A DNA stretch of 64,000 nt from Rhodospirillales bacterium. Lineage in GTDB: Bacteria > Pseudomonadota > Alphaproteobacteria > Rhodospirillales > UBA2165. The translations under genes were made by a program, and so were the position numbers. Below are positions 55,459-64,000 of this stretch, piece after piece. Below the pieces are notes generated by a model, which saw nothing but the letters and a program-made list of their open reading frames with translations, ran no database searches and was not told the origin of the DNA. Every line of letters begins with the position of its first letter. Positions within the stretch are counted from its first letter, which is position 1. The stretch is from NCBI GenBank assembly GCA_046582495.1, contig JAYGEG010000160.1:81236-145235 (forward strand), written 5' to 3'.

Positions 55459-56691
55459 ATGTCAGAAAAGCCGCACGAGCGCATAGCCGAGATTAAACGT
55501 AAAGCCGATGAGGGCCCAACCATCCTGCAACATAGTTTTCGTCCCTTTTTTATGTCGGCGGGACTTTGGGCAACTCTGGCTGTGCCGTTTTGGCTGTTGA
55601 GCTTTGCTGGTGTTCTGGTTCTACCCGAAGGCTTTGATGGACTGCTTTGGCATCAACATGAACTGCTGTTTGGGTTCGCTGGCGCTGCGATTGCCGGCTT
55701 CATTCTGACTGCCATTCCGAATTGGACAGGTCGCTTGCCGGTGAGTGGCTGGCGGTTGGCTGTGCTCGTTGCGATGTGGATTGCTGGCCGGGTTGGATTT
55801 TTGACGATTGCCTGGATTGGGCCATTAGCGGCGGCAGTGTTGGACCTATCTTTTTTGACCATGCTCGCATTGATGATCGCGCGCGAACTAATCTCCGGTA
55901 ATAACTGGCGAAACCTGCCTGTGCTTATCCTGATTTCGTTTTTCACTTTAGGCAATTGGTTGGTGCATTTTGAAATTAGCGGCCTCGTCGAAACAGCAGA
56001 TATGGGTATTCGGCTATCGACCTTCATTTTGGCCATTCTGGTTGCTGTGATTGGCGGGCGCGTTGTGCCAAGCTTTACCCGCAACTGGCTGGTAAAAAGT
56101 GGTAGCGATGTCTTGCCGGAACCTATGGGACGATTTGACGGTGTGGCTCTGGCGGCGCTTATTGTTTTTGTTATCGCTCAAGTCTTAATGCCGGATATTC
56201 AAGTGACCTCTTGGCTGGCGCTCATTGCCGGAGGGCTACACGGGGTTCGATTGTTGCGCTGGAAAGGTTGGGCGATTTTCGCTGAACCTTTGATGTGGGT
56301 ACTGCATTTGGGCTACGCCTGGCTCGTCGTGGCGCTTTTATTGATTGGCGCATCTGGGTTAACCGACAACGTTCCAGATTCTGCGGCGATCCACGCGCTT
56401 ACTGCTGGTGGGTTCGGCACCATGATTGTTGCCGTTATGACGCGGGCATCGCTCGGCCATACTGGGCGAGAGTTGGTTTCCACGCCCGCAACGACGGTCG
56501 TTTTCATTTTAATTACGATAGCTGCACTTACGCGAGTAGGAGCGCCGTTCCTCAATGATCTAAATCTCACGGCTATTTGGATTTCCGGCATTGCCTGGAC
56601 GTTTGGCTATGGGCTTTTCAGCGTCCTCTATTTCCCGGTGTTCACTCAGCCTCGTGTGCAAAAGCGCCAAGCAAATCAGGTTTCTGAATAG
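55459..56691 (+). CDS. NnrS-family membrane protein
   Basis: A ~12-TM protein whose N-terminal 'FRPFFMSAGLWA' and conserved His ('WHQHELLFGF') are typical of NnrS. Confidence 0.8.
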   Translation: MSEKPHERIAEIKRKADEGPTILQHSFRPFFMSAGLWATLAVPFWLLSFAGVLVLPEGFDGLLWHQHELLFGFAGAAIAGFILTAIPNWTGRLPVSGWRLAVLVAMWIAGRVGFLTIAWIGPLAAAVLDLSFLTMLALMIARELISGNNWRNLPVLILISFFTLGNWLVHFEISGLVETADMGIRLSTFILAILVAVIGGRVVPSFTRNWLVKSGSDVLPEPMGRFDGVALAALIVFVIAQVLMPDIQVTSWLALIAGGLHGVRLLRWKGWAIFAEPLMWVLHLGYAWLVVALLLIGASGLTDNVPDSAAIHALTAGGFGTMIVAVMTRASLGHTGRELVSTPATTVVFILITIAALTRVGAPFLNDLNLTAIWISGIAWTFGYGLFSVLYFPVFTQPRVQKRQANQVSE

Positions 56692-56694
56692 GCG

Positions 56695-58353
56695 CTACTT
56701 CTTAACGCCCCAGTTTTCGATCCACAAAGTGGTCGTGCCTTGATGCCCGGTTGGTGTTACGCCGGTCAGCCATTTTGGCAAAATGTAAGAATTGGCACGG
56801 AAGTAGAGCGGAATTACGGGCAACTCTGTCGCATATATTTGTTGGAAGCGATGCCAGAGCTTTTCGCGTTTTGTTCGATCCAATTCGACTTCAATTTGCT
56901 CGAGCAGTGTATCCATCTCAGCATTTTTAAAACCGGTGTAATTTTGTCCGCCCCAGTTGTTTTCCTTGGTCGGAATATGGGCCGAATGAAGCGTTGAGCG
57001 CGGCACGCTTTCAGGCGCGCTGAGCCAGGCAAACATCGCAAGACCTGTGTATTTTCGCTGAGTGACGGTCTGGCCAAAGAAAACCCGGGCGGGTTGGTTG
57101 CGGATTCGGATTTCGACTCCGAGCTGCTTCCATTGGCTTTGCAAGACCTGCTCAACCAATTCGCGGGTTCGATTGCCCGCTGTCGTCATCAGCTCAAATG
57201 AAAGTTTGTCACCCTTGGCATTGTAGCGAATGCCGCGTTTTTTAATCGACCAGCCGGCCTGGTCCAGAAGCTTGCCAGCGGCCTTGAGATCGAAGCTATA
57301 GATCGGCGTGTTTTTTGTATAAATCCAATCGAGCGGATTGATGTTGGTGTCGGCGACCGGTTGGCGGCCGTCAAACAACTGACTTGAGATCGCTTGACGG
57401 TCGATGCCGCGGATCAGCGCTTCGCGTACGCGTTTATCTTTGAGCAAAGGGTTGTCAAGATTGAGATCAATATGCTCGTAGATCAGGCCCGATTTGTAAA
57501 TCATGTTGAATTTCTTGCCGTGACGTTTGCCGAAGGCCAACGCCTGATCGATGGTGATGCCGAGATCGCCAGAGATCATATCGATTGCGCCTGACAACAA
57601 ATTTGCTTCGAGCGCAGCGGTGTTACCAATCACGCGTATAACAACTTGTTTGAAGTGCGGTTTTTTGCCCCACCAGGTTTCGTTCGGCACCAGCACAACA
57701 TGCGCGCCAGACCTTACTTCGCTGATCCGGTAGGGACCAAAATACAGCCCTTTGTTGGTCGTGTCGGTATCAAATCTGGTGCGGTTGCGGTATTCGGCGG
57801 GCGCTTTATCGAATATTTCTTCGTCGAGATGCGCGGGCAGTACTTCGAAACCGTTTATATCGTTATAGGCAAATGTCAGCTTGTCGAAATGCAGCGTGAA
57901 GGTTTTTTCATCAATGGCATCGACTTTGTAGGCACGGCGATAGAATTCCAGCCCGCTCACACCGCTTTTTGGATGGCGACCCACTTTCCAGGTAAAGATG
58001 ACGTCTTTGGAGGAAACCGGACGGCCATCGCCCCAATTTGCATTTGGCTGGATGGTATACGTAACGGCGATGCCTTTTTTACCGTTGGGCGCGGTCTCAG
58101 GCTTGGCGAGGCCATTCTCAATGGTCGGTAGTTTTGTGCAGAGCATGCATTTTAACTGCCAACTCGGGTCCTGTACGGTGAACGGCCGCCGAGTTGCCGA
58201 CAAAATATAGGTCTTCGCCAGCATGGAATCGATATTGGGATGAAAGGTCGACGGGAATTGCGTGATACCAATGACGAGGCGTTCCTTTGCCTCGGCAAGA
58301 CTGGTGAAAGCAATCACCAGACCCGCTATTATTGTGATTAGAAGTCGTTTCAT
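56695..58353 (-). CDS. ABC transporter substrate-binding protein, family 5 (peptide/nickel type)
   Basis: It has a signal peptide, is 552 aa long, and shows SBP_bac_5-like sequence. It is convergent with nnrS and separated from the rest of the ABC genes. Confidence 0.88.
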   Translation of the reverse strand: MKRLLITIIAGLVIAFTSLAEAKERLVIGITQFPSTFHPNIDSMLAKTYILSATRRPFTVQDPSWQLKCMLCTKLPTIENGLAKPETAPNGKKGIAVTYTIQPNANWGDGRPVSSKDVIFTWKVGRHPKSGVSGLEFYRRAYKVDAIDEKTFTLHFDKLTFAYNDINGFEVLPAHLDEEIFDKAPAEYRNRTRFDTDTTNKGLYFGPYRISEVRSGAHVVLVPNETWWGKKPHFKQVVIRVIGNTAALEANLLSGAIDMISGDLGITIDQALAFGKRHGKKFNMIYKSGLIYEHIDLNLDNPLLKDKRVREALIRGIDRQAISSQLFDGRQPVADTNINPLDWIYTKNTPIYSFDLKAAGKLLDQAGWSIKKRGIRYNAKGDKLSFELMTTAGNRTRELVEQVLQSQWKQLGVEIRIRNQPARVFFGQTVTQRKYTGLAMFAWLSAPESVPRSTLHSAHIPTKENNWGGQNYTGFKNAEMDTLLEQIEVELDRTKREKLWHRFQQIYATELPVIPLYFRANSYILPKWLTGVTPTGHQGTTTLWIENWGVKK

Positions 58354-58408
58354 GATGCGACTGTACCTGCTCTTGCCGACAACTCAATTTAAAAAAACCG
58401 TGATAGGG

Positions 58409-58433
58409 GGAAGATTTTCGCTGCAAAGGCGTT
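58409..58433 (+). promoter_or_regulatory. ECF-sigma-like promoter motif GGAAG-N16-CGTT upstream of TPR paralog 1
   Basis: ggaag (58409-58413) and cgtt (58430-58433) are separated by exactly 16 nt. The same arrangement is conserved upstream of paralog 2. Confidence 0.3.
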
Positions 58434-58471
58434 TACACAATAGGAAAGTTATCTGCATAGGGAGAATGCAT

Positions 58472-58984
58472 ATGGTGTATTCAATGAAACGCAGGTTTTG
58501 TACTTTGATTATTACACTACTCCTTGCTCTGTCGATATCTGCTTGGCAAGTCAATGCTGCGGGCGGAGGTGGTGGAGATGATGACGTGGACAAACCTGTT
58601 TCCGATGAGCAAATAAATTTTGATGCGGGTGTACGGGCTGTCTACGCTGGGAAATATGACAAAGCCATCGAACTCATGGCCAAAGTCCTGAAAGATAATT
58701 CAAAAAATGCCGATGCCTATAACTATTTAGGTTTTTCTTTTCGCAAAAAAGGCGATCTCAAGCTGGCGGCGTCCGCCTATAAGGAGGCACTCGACATCAA
58801 TCCAGATCACAAAGGCGCACTGGAATATCAAGGTGAGATGTATCTGAAGCTTGGTAATGTTTCGCGCGCAAAATCTAACCTCTTCCATCTTGAACGGCTG
58901 TGCTCCAATGGCTGCAAAGAGTTGGCCGAACTGAAACGAGCGATCGCCGATTACGCAGCAACGCACCCGAACAGAGGGAGTTAG
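58472..58984 (+). CDS. Secreted TPR-repeat protein, paralog 1
   Basis: It has a signal peptide ('LLLALSISAWQVNA'), TPR repeats ('ADAYNYLGFSFRKKGDLKLAASAYKEALDINPDHKGALEYQGEMYLKLGN') and a C-terminal 'LERLCSNGCKELAELKRAIADYAA'. The start is ATG 58472 (GGAGA 6 nt upstream) or 58484. The 240-aa track ORF is rejected. Confidence 0.7.
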   Translation: MVYSMKRRFCTLIITLLLALSISAWQVNAAGGGGGDDDVDKPVSDEQINFDAGVRAVYAGKYDKAIELMAKVLKDNSKNADAYNYLGFSFRKKGDLKLAASAYKEALDINPDHKGALEYQGEMYLKLGNVSRAKSNLFHLERLCSNGCKELAELKRAIADYAATHPNRGS

Positions 58985-59023
58985 CTGTTCCAGCACCCCG
59001 TTCAAAGTAAAAACCGCGATAGG

Positions 59024-59048
59024 GGAAGATTTTCTCTTTAAAGACGTT
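59024..59048 (+). promoter_or_regulatory. ECF-sigma-like promoter motif GGAAG-N16-CGTT upstream of TPR paralog 2
   Basis: ggaag (59024-59028) and cgtt (59045-59048) lie within a ~50-nt block conserved with the paralog 1 upstream region. Confidence 0.3.
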
Positions 59049-59087
59049 TACACTATAAGAATGGCTGTTCGTATCTGGAGAACTTCA

Positions 59088-59573
59088 ATGAAACCTGCAA
59101 TATTTACCATAGCTGCTGCGATGCTATTAAGTTTTTCACTTACCTCGGCACCAGTGCTCGCTATGGGCGGCGGCGACACTAAAACCGTCGATACATCTAA
59201 GCAGGATTTTGCGGCTGGCAAGAAAGCTGTATATGCCGCGAAATATAACAAGGCTATTATGCTGATGACCAAGGTCTTGAAGTCAGATTCCAAAAACACC
59301 GATGCTTATAATTATCTCGGGTTCTCCTACCGCAAAAAAGGTAATCTTAAGCTCGCGGCTGCATCTTACAAAGAAGCGCTCGATATCAATCCAAACCATA
59401 AAGGCGCACTTGAGTATCAAGGCGAGATGTATCTAAAGCTCAATAATTTCTCCGCAGCAAATTCTAATCTTGCGCATCTTGAACGGCTTTGTTCGTCTGG
59501 CTGCAAAGAATTAGCGGAGCTAAAACGCGCTATTGCCGATTATGCAGCAACGCGTCCTGCTCGGGGTAGTTAA
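59088..59573 (+). CDS. Secreted TPR-repeat protein, paralog 2
   Basis: It is roughly 70% identical by eye to paralog 1 over the mature region and has the same 'LERLCSSGCKELAELKRAIADYAA' tail. ATG 59088 has GGAGA 6 nt upstream. Confidence 0.7.
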   Translation: MKPAIFTIAAAMLLSFSLTSAPVLAMGGGDTKTVDTSKQDFAAGKKAVYAAKYNKAIMLMTKVLKSDSKNTDAYNYLGFSYRKKGNLKLAAASYKEALDINPNHKGALEYQGEMYLKLNNFSAANSNLAHLERLCSSGCKELAELKRAIADYAATRPARGS

Positions 59574-59578
59574 TTAAT

Positions 59579-60268
59579 CTATTCGGCACGTCCGTCGTTA
59601 GCCTTTGACCAGCCAAGTGGATCGGCGAGGAAATCACGCACGCCTTGGATATCTTCGTTTGAGAAATATTTACCCTGTTCGGCTTGCTCCAGCACATCCC
59701 ACCAATTGGCAAGGTAGTGGAGATTGACGCCGGCTTTTTCCATGGTTTCTTCGGCGCCGGGAAATGCGCTGTAATAAAATACAACAAAAATGTCGGTGAC
59801 TTCGGCGTCTCCTGCTCGCAGGGCATCTATAAACATGACTTTGCTGCCGCCATCGGTCGCGAGATCTTCAACTAATAGAACTTTACTGCCTTCAGGCATG
59901 TCGCCTTCGATTTGCGCGTTGCGGCCAAAGCCTTTGGGTTTTTTGCGAATATAGAGCATCGGTTTCGAAAGAGCTTCTGAAATCCAGGCTCCGTAGGGGA
60001 TGCCAGCAGTTTCGCCGCCCGCGACCAAATCCAGCGCATCTATATCTATCGAGGAGCGGAGCAGGTCAACGCTGAGCTCGATAATTTTGCGGCGTTCTTC
60101 GAGGAATGAAATCACCCAGCGGCAATCGATATAGACCGGGCTGGCCCATCCAGCAGTCAAGATGTAGGGCTCTTTTGGACGGAAGTTAACCGCCTTGATA
60201 TCGAGCAGCATTTTAGCTGTCTCTGCGCCTGCTGCTTTTTGCTCTGGTGATCTCGTGTCGTTTACCAT
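59579..60268 (-). CDS. pyrE: Orotate phosphoribosyltransferase (long alphaproteobacterial form)
   Basis: The PRPP-binding motif 'VLLVEDLATDGGSK' is present in a 229-aa protein. Confidence 0.9.
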   Translation of the reverse strand: MVNDTRSPEQKAAGAETAKMLLDIKAVNFRPKEPYILTAGWASPVYIDCRWVISFLEERRKIIELSVDLLRSSIDIDALDLVAGGETAGIPYGAWISEALSKPMLYIRKKPKGFGRNAQIEGDMPEGSKVLLVEDLATDGGSKVMFIDALRAGDAEVTDIFVVFYYSAFPGAEETMEKAGVNLHYLANWWDVLEQAEQGKYFSNEDIQGVRDFLADPLGWSKANDGRAE

Positions 60269-60395
60269 TTATTACCCCAAACAATATATAAACTGGACTT
60301 CGATAAAGTCGGTATAGAATAAACTAGGTTTAAAAGTGATTCGGCCATCTTGTAAATAGATGTGAGCATAAAAGAATCATCGGTGGAATAAATTA

Positions 60396-60683
60396 ATGGC
60401 GCGTGACAATTCTAAAGCCCAAGATCTGGTGGGCAAGGGGGCCGAGGCTCACCAAGCCGGTCAATTCGACAAAGCGGAAAAGTATTACAAACGCGCGTTA
60501 AAAGCCGATGGTAATAACGCAGATGCGCTTCACCTATTGGGCCTGATATCTCATCAAAAAGGGCGAAATGAATACGCAGCTAAATTGATTGGTAAAGCTT
60601 TGGCGGTCCGACCCCATGAGCCCGCGATGAACACTCAATATGGCGATTGTTATGAACGCTTTGTCGCGCTGGGAAGAGGCTGA
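60396..60683 (+). CDS. TPR-repeat ORF, probably the frameshifted 5' part of the downstream TPR-sulfotransferase gene
   Basis: TPR sequence ('AEKYYKRALKADGNNADALHLLGLISHQKG') runs to about aa 80 and then degenerates. The TPR pattern continues in the +1 frame at about 60630. Confidence 0.4.
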   Translation: MARDNSKAQDLVGKGAEAHQAGQFDKAEKYYKRALKADGNNADALHLLGLISHQKGRNEYAAKLIGKALAVRPHEPAMNTQYGDCYERFVALGRG

Positions 60684-62385
60684 GCAGGCCAGCATGGCCG
60701 TGCTCAAAACCGAGCCCGATCACGCCGAAGCCTATAACAATTTAGGTCGTGCCTTAGCCGGTCAGAAAAAATTTGAACAAGTGGAGGCGGCCGACGATAA
60801 GGCCATAGAGGCGGCACCTAACAATGCGGCAGCAGAAAACAATCTCGGAAATTTGCATATGCAGCAGAGGCGTTACGACCTCGCCGAGGCGGCTTTTTTA
60901 CGAGCCATTGAGATCGATTCCGGTTTTCTACTCGCGTTTTCCAATCTTGCGACCACCTATATGGCGATGAATTGGCTGGATAGGGCGGAGGAGGTCTGTC
61001 GTGCGGCGTTAAAAATAAATCCGAATTTTGTCCCAGCCGTTCAAAGCTTAGGCGTCGTGCTGTCCCGCAACCAACAGTTTGATGCCGCCGAGCAAACCTT
61101 TCGCCATGTCCTTGACCTCGCGCTCAACCACAACCAAGCGATTTCAAATCTCGCTTCACTATATTCAACACAAGCGCGGTTTGACGAAGCGGAACGACTT
61201 TTTAAAACAGCGATTACGCTTAATCCTAACAGCACGCATGCGCATCTCAATCTGGGTATTTGTTATTCTGAACTTGGACAAATGGAGGCGTCGCTCAAAT
61301 GCCTTAGAAAAGCGATTGCCTGCGATCCCAACAATATCGACGCTTATTATGCGCTATCGACTTCGGGGAAGGAGAAACTCGATAAGGCTGCTCTTGATCA
61401 TCTCGAAGGGCTTGTTGAGGACACCGAAATCTCACTTCCGACAGAACAGAAAACAAAGGCACTATTTGCGCTTGGTATGCAAACCGAAGGCGCTCTCTCT
61501 TTTGGATGGTTTCTAAAAGGCAATAAATTGAGGGCAAAAATTCTGACCAGTGAGGTGGGGGCATTTGACCCGGAGCATCATCAATCAGCCTTTGATCGAC
61601 TAAAAGCTACTTTCACGGAGGAGTTCTTCAAGGCGCGGAAAAATTGGGGGAACCAAAGCGAAGTTCCGGTTTTTGTCATTGGCATGCCGCGCTCTGGGAC
61701 AACGTTGGTGGAGCAAATTATCTCCGCCCACTCAAATGCTGATGGCGCCGGAGAACGATCAGATATTCCGGCTTTCATCAGAAATTTTAATCAGGCCAGC
61801 GGCGGCGAAGACAGCTTCCCGGACAACATTCAGAATTTAACTGAAGTGCAAATCGGTGAGTGGGCTGAAGACTATTTGGACAAGTTTGAAAATCTAGATA
61901 GCGCAGCCCGAATTGTAGATAAACTTCCGTTCAATTATGCGCATCTTTGGCTTATCCAACTGATGTTCCCAAAAGCCAAAGTTATTCACTGCAAACGTGA
62001 TGCCCGCGATATTGGCCTTTCCTGTTTTCAGCAAAATTTTGTGAAGCCGCACCCATGGAGTTGTGACCTCGGGCATATTGGCCAGTATTACAACGCCTAT
62101 GCAGACCTCACGGCCCATTGGCAGAACACGCTGTCTTTGTCTTTCATTGATGTTTGCTACGAGGATGTGGTTGTTAACTCAGAGGCTGAGAGTCGCCGTC
62201 TCATAGATTTTCTTGGTTTGGATTGGGAGCCATCAATATTGGATTTCCATACATCTGCGCGCAGTGTTAAAACCGCCTCTAAATGGCAAGTGCGTGAACC
62301 CATTTATGCTGGTTCTATTGGACGATGGAAAGAATTTGAAGATCAACTCAAGCCGATGATTGAGGCTTTAAAACTCGCCGAATAA
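60640..62385 (+). CDS. TPR-repeat-containing sulfotransferase family protein
   Basis: It has multiple TPRs and then a sulfotransferase domain with the PAPS 5'-phosphosulfate loop 'GMPRSGTTLVEQI' and 'RDARDIGLS'. Confidence 0.8.
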   Translation: MAIVMNALSRWEEAEQASMAVLKTEPDHAEAYNNLGRALAGQKKFEQVEAADDKAIEAAPNNAAAENNLGNLHMQQRRYDLAEAAFLRAIEIDSGFLLAFSNLATTYMAMNWLDRAEEVCRAALKINPNFVPAVQSLGVVLSRNQQFDAAEQTFRHVLDLALNHNQAISNLASLYSTQARFDEAERLFKTAITLNPNSTHAHLNLGICYSELGQMEASLKCLRKAIACDPNNIDAYYALSTSGKEKLDKAALDHLEGLVEDTEISLPTEQKTKALFALGMQTEGALSFGWFLKGNKLRAKILTSEVGAFDPEHHQSAFDRLKATFTEEFFKARKNWGNQSEVPVFVIGMPRSGTTLVEQIISAHSNADGAGERSDIPAFIRNFNQASGGEDSFPDNIQNLTEVQIGEWAEDYLDKFENLDSAARIVDKLPFNYAHLWLIQLMFPKAKVIHCKRDARDIGLSCFQQNFVKPHPWSCDLGHIGQYYNAYADLTAHWQNTLSLSFIDVCYEDVVVNSEAESRRLIDFLGLDWEPSILDFHTSARSVKTASKWQVREPIYAGSIGRWKEFEDQLKPMIEALKLAE

Positions 62386-62396
62386 TGACGAGGTAA

Positions 62397-62714
62397 TTAA
62401 TTGCCTTTGCGGCGGATTGTATACCCGTCATCGGTCAATCCGCTAAAATGCATTCTGACATCCGGATGACGAATAGGATCACCGCTATCATCGGGCTCTA
62501 GGTTGCGCTGGGCGACGTAGGTTCTGAGATCGCTTTCGTCGACGAGCACGTGATACCAAGGATTGTCTTTGGGTGGCTTTGAAGTCGCCATATGACTGTA
62601 CCAATTATCGGAGCCATGAAAATCCGCATCCACATCGATAATGACGCCTCGATAATCGAAGCGCTTGTGGTGGACCAATTGTCCAACTGAAAATAAAGCC
62701 TTGGTCTCAGACAT
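62397..62714 (-). CDS. hspQ: Heat shock protein HspQ / hemimethylated DNA-binding (YccV) family
   Basis: 'FSVGQLVHHKRFDYRGVIIDVD' and 'PWYHVLV' are diagnostic of this family. Confidence 0.85.
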   Translation of the reverse strand: MSETKALFSVGQLVHHKRFDYRGVIIDVDADFHGSDNWYSHMATSKPPKDNPWYHVLVDESDLRTYVAQRNLEPDDSGDPIRHPDVRMHFSGLTDDGYTIRRKGN

Positions 62715-62845
62715 GTAGTCAATAACCCCAATGTGAATATCTCTAGAGTACTGTATATAAGTGAGGATTATGATACTCGATTTCCAGTTAAAAATTAAAT
62801 GTTGGACTTGGAAACATCTCCAAAACGAGGCAAATTGAACTTGGA

Positions 62846-63874
62846 ATGAACGATACTCCCGTCATTTGGGCATTGGTCGATGAACGCCCTGGAACCGGCA
62901 GTCAGTGCAATGCTGTGGCCAAAGCCATCAATCTGCCTTATGTCGAGAAAAAGCTCCATTGGTCGAGCTTCGCCAAATTACCCAACTTTTTAACCGGCGC
63001 TTCGTTACGCGGCATATCAGCCGAATCAAAATCTGAGATTAAGTCGCCTTGGCCCGATTTGGTAATTGCCGCCGGGCGAAGAGCCGGCGCAGTTGCGCGA
63101 TATATAAAAAAGCAAAGTTTGGATGATTGTGCGGTGGTTCAACTCATGTATCCTGGAGATACCGCAATCAGCGATTTTGATCTCGTTGCGGTTCCCACTC
63201 ATGATGGCTCCGTAAAAGAGGGTCGAAATATATTTCGTGTAACGGGTGCGCCACATGGGATAAATGAGGCTAGTTTGTCTGCTGCCCGAGTGCGATGGCA
63301 TAGCAAGTTTGGTGGGTTGGAAAAACCAGTCGTTGGATTAATTGTCGGCGGGGCCACAAAACGTCGGCCTTTCTCAGCAGAAATGGCAAAAGAACTCGGC
63401 CGCCAGACGGCTGAATTGGCAACAAAACTAAGCGGTAGTTTGATCGTAACATCTAGCCCGCGCACTGGCAGCGCTCTCGATGATGTGCTTGGCGGAATAT
63501 CCGCCGCATCTGTTGAACCTGCTTTTGTCTATCAGTGGTCGGCGCATAGCCCGGAGTCTGACAATCCGTATCTCGGCTTTCTTTCCATCTCTGATCATTT
63601 GGTCGTCACCGGCGAATCTACAACGATGTGTTCTGAGGCTTGCGCAACCGGCAAGCCAGTCCATCTCTTTGCGCCTCGTAATTTCCTGGGAGATAAACAT
63701 CGCCGGTTCGTCGATGAGCTTGTGTCCGAAGGTTATGCTTTAGAATTAGGTGCAGATGAAAATGCGGTCGAAATTGATTCGCCAAAAAAACTGGATGTTG
63801 CCGGTCAGATCGCCGCAGAAATCCATTCTCGAATATTGTCTGATTTGGAAATAGTCGATGCAGAGGAGTCTTGA
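62846..63874 (+). CDS. ELM1 / DUF1022-family (mitochondrial fission ELM1-like, GT-B-like) protein
   Basis: 'IWALVDERPGTGSQCNAVAKAINLPY' at the N-terminus, the ~340-aa length, and 'TGESTTMCSEACATGKPV' near the C-terminus match the family. Confidence 0.7.
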   Translation: MNDTPVIWALVDERPGTGSQCNAVAKAINLPYVEKKLHWSSFAKLPNFLTGASLRGISAESKSEIKSPWPDLVIAAGRRAGAVARYIKKQSLDDCAVVQLMYPGDTAISDFDLVAVPTHDGSVKEGRNIFRVTGAPHGINEASLSAARVRWHSKFGGLEKPVVGLIVGGATKRRPFSAEMAKELGRQTAELATKLSGSLIVTSSPRTGSALDDVLGGISAASVEPAFVYQWSAHSPESDNPYLGFLSISDHLVVTGESTTMCSEACATGKPVHLFAPRNFLGDKHRRFVDELVSEGYALELGADENAVEIDSPKKLDVAGQIAAEIHSRILSDLEIVDAEES

Positions 63875-63891
63875 TTGGAAGTCACGCTCTA

Positions 63892-64000
63892 ATGGATACC
63901 GGAACTCTCATTATTTTTGCTGGCATTTCAATCATCTTTATTGGATTTGCGTTAGCGTTCCAAGCTGTTGTCGGGCAACCGCGCAAACAAATGGCAAAAC
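63892..64000 (+). CDS. Partial ORF, hydrophobic N-terminus (membrane protein; 3' end outside window)
   Basis: ATG 63892 gives 'MDTGTLIIFAGISIIFIGFALAFQAVVGQPRKQMAK', open to the window edge. GGAAG lies ~10 nt upstream. It is too short to assign. Confidence 0.3.
   Translation, partial: MDTGTLIIFAGISIIFIGFALAFQAVVGQPRKQMAK

Noticed and set aside
58262-58471. An N-terminal 70-aa extension of the TPR paralog 1 ORF (the track gives 240 aa)
   Set aside because: The extension overlaps the 5' end of the SBP gene on the opposite strand and runs through the conserved promoter block. Paralog 2 and the signal-peptide position support a start at 58472 or 58484.
62715-62845. A sigma-32-type heat-shock promoter upstream of hspQ
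   Set aside because: A CTTATAT -10-like element exists on the minus strand, but I found no CTTG -35 at the expected spacing.
1-64000. Scan for CRISPR arrays, rRNA/tRNA genes, IS elements, integrases and phage genes
   Set aside because: I saw no regularly spaced short repeats, no tRNA-like cloverleaf candidates, and no ORF with transposase, integrase or phage hallmarks. This manual scan cannot exclude small ncRNAs.

Overview
This window reads as ordinary chromosomal DNA from an alphaproteobacterium. The evidence is an ALA-synthase-type hemA, EipB/DUF1849, ELM1/DUF1022, a FlaF-like gene, DinB with an N-terminal zinc ribbon, and the xseB-ispA-dxs-tlyA block. GC looks close to 50% by eye. I call about 60 protein genes. 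I recognised no rRNA, tRNA, CRISPR array, transposase or integrase. All calls rest on motif recognition in the supplied ORF translations and on reading the DNA by hand; no searches were run. Most genes are housekeeping (rnd, aspS, dinB, dxs, aroC, fabI, pdxH, hemA, pyrE) or transport genes (one TRAP system, one RND pump, one Opp/Dpp-type ABC system). Loci worth a second look: (1) A 967-aa fusion of ACP, fatty-acyl-AMP-ligase, a membrane segment and a lysophospholipid-acyltransferase domain. It resembles a domain-permuted Aas carrying its own carrier protein. It overlaps the first ATPase gene of a scrambled peptide-type ABC operon that is also interrupted by an orphan flaF-like gene. (2) An RND operon whose adaptor protein carries the same ~29-aa motif at both termini. 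The operon runs straight into a BigR/SqrR-type persulfide-sensor gene next to a persulfide-dioxygenase-rhodanese fusion. (3) A diverged tandem pair of secreted TPR genes, each behind a conserved GGAAG-N16-CGTT ECF-like promoter. (4) A ~1.4-kb AT-rich islet flanked by imperfect direct repeats and holding an orphan DUF4325 gene. (5) Several strong inverted or direct repeats in promoter regions, one frameshifted TPR-sulfotransferase, and one possible deletion scar. None of these is proven novel from sequence alone.
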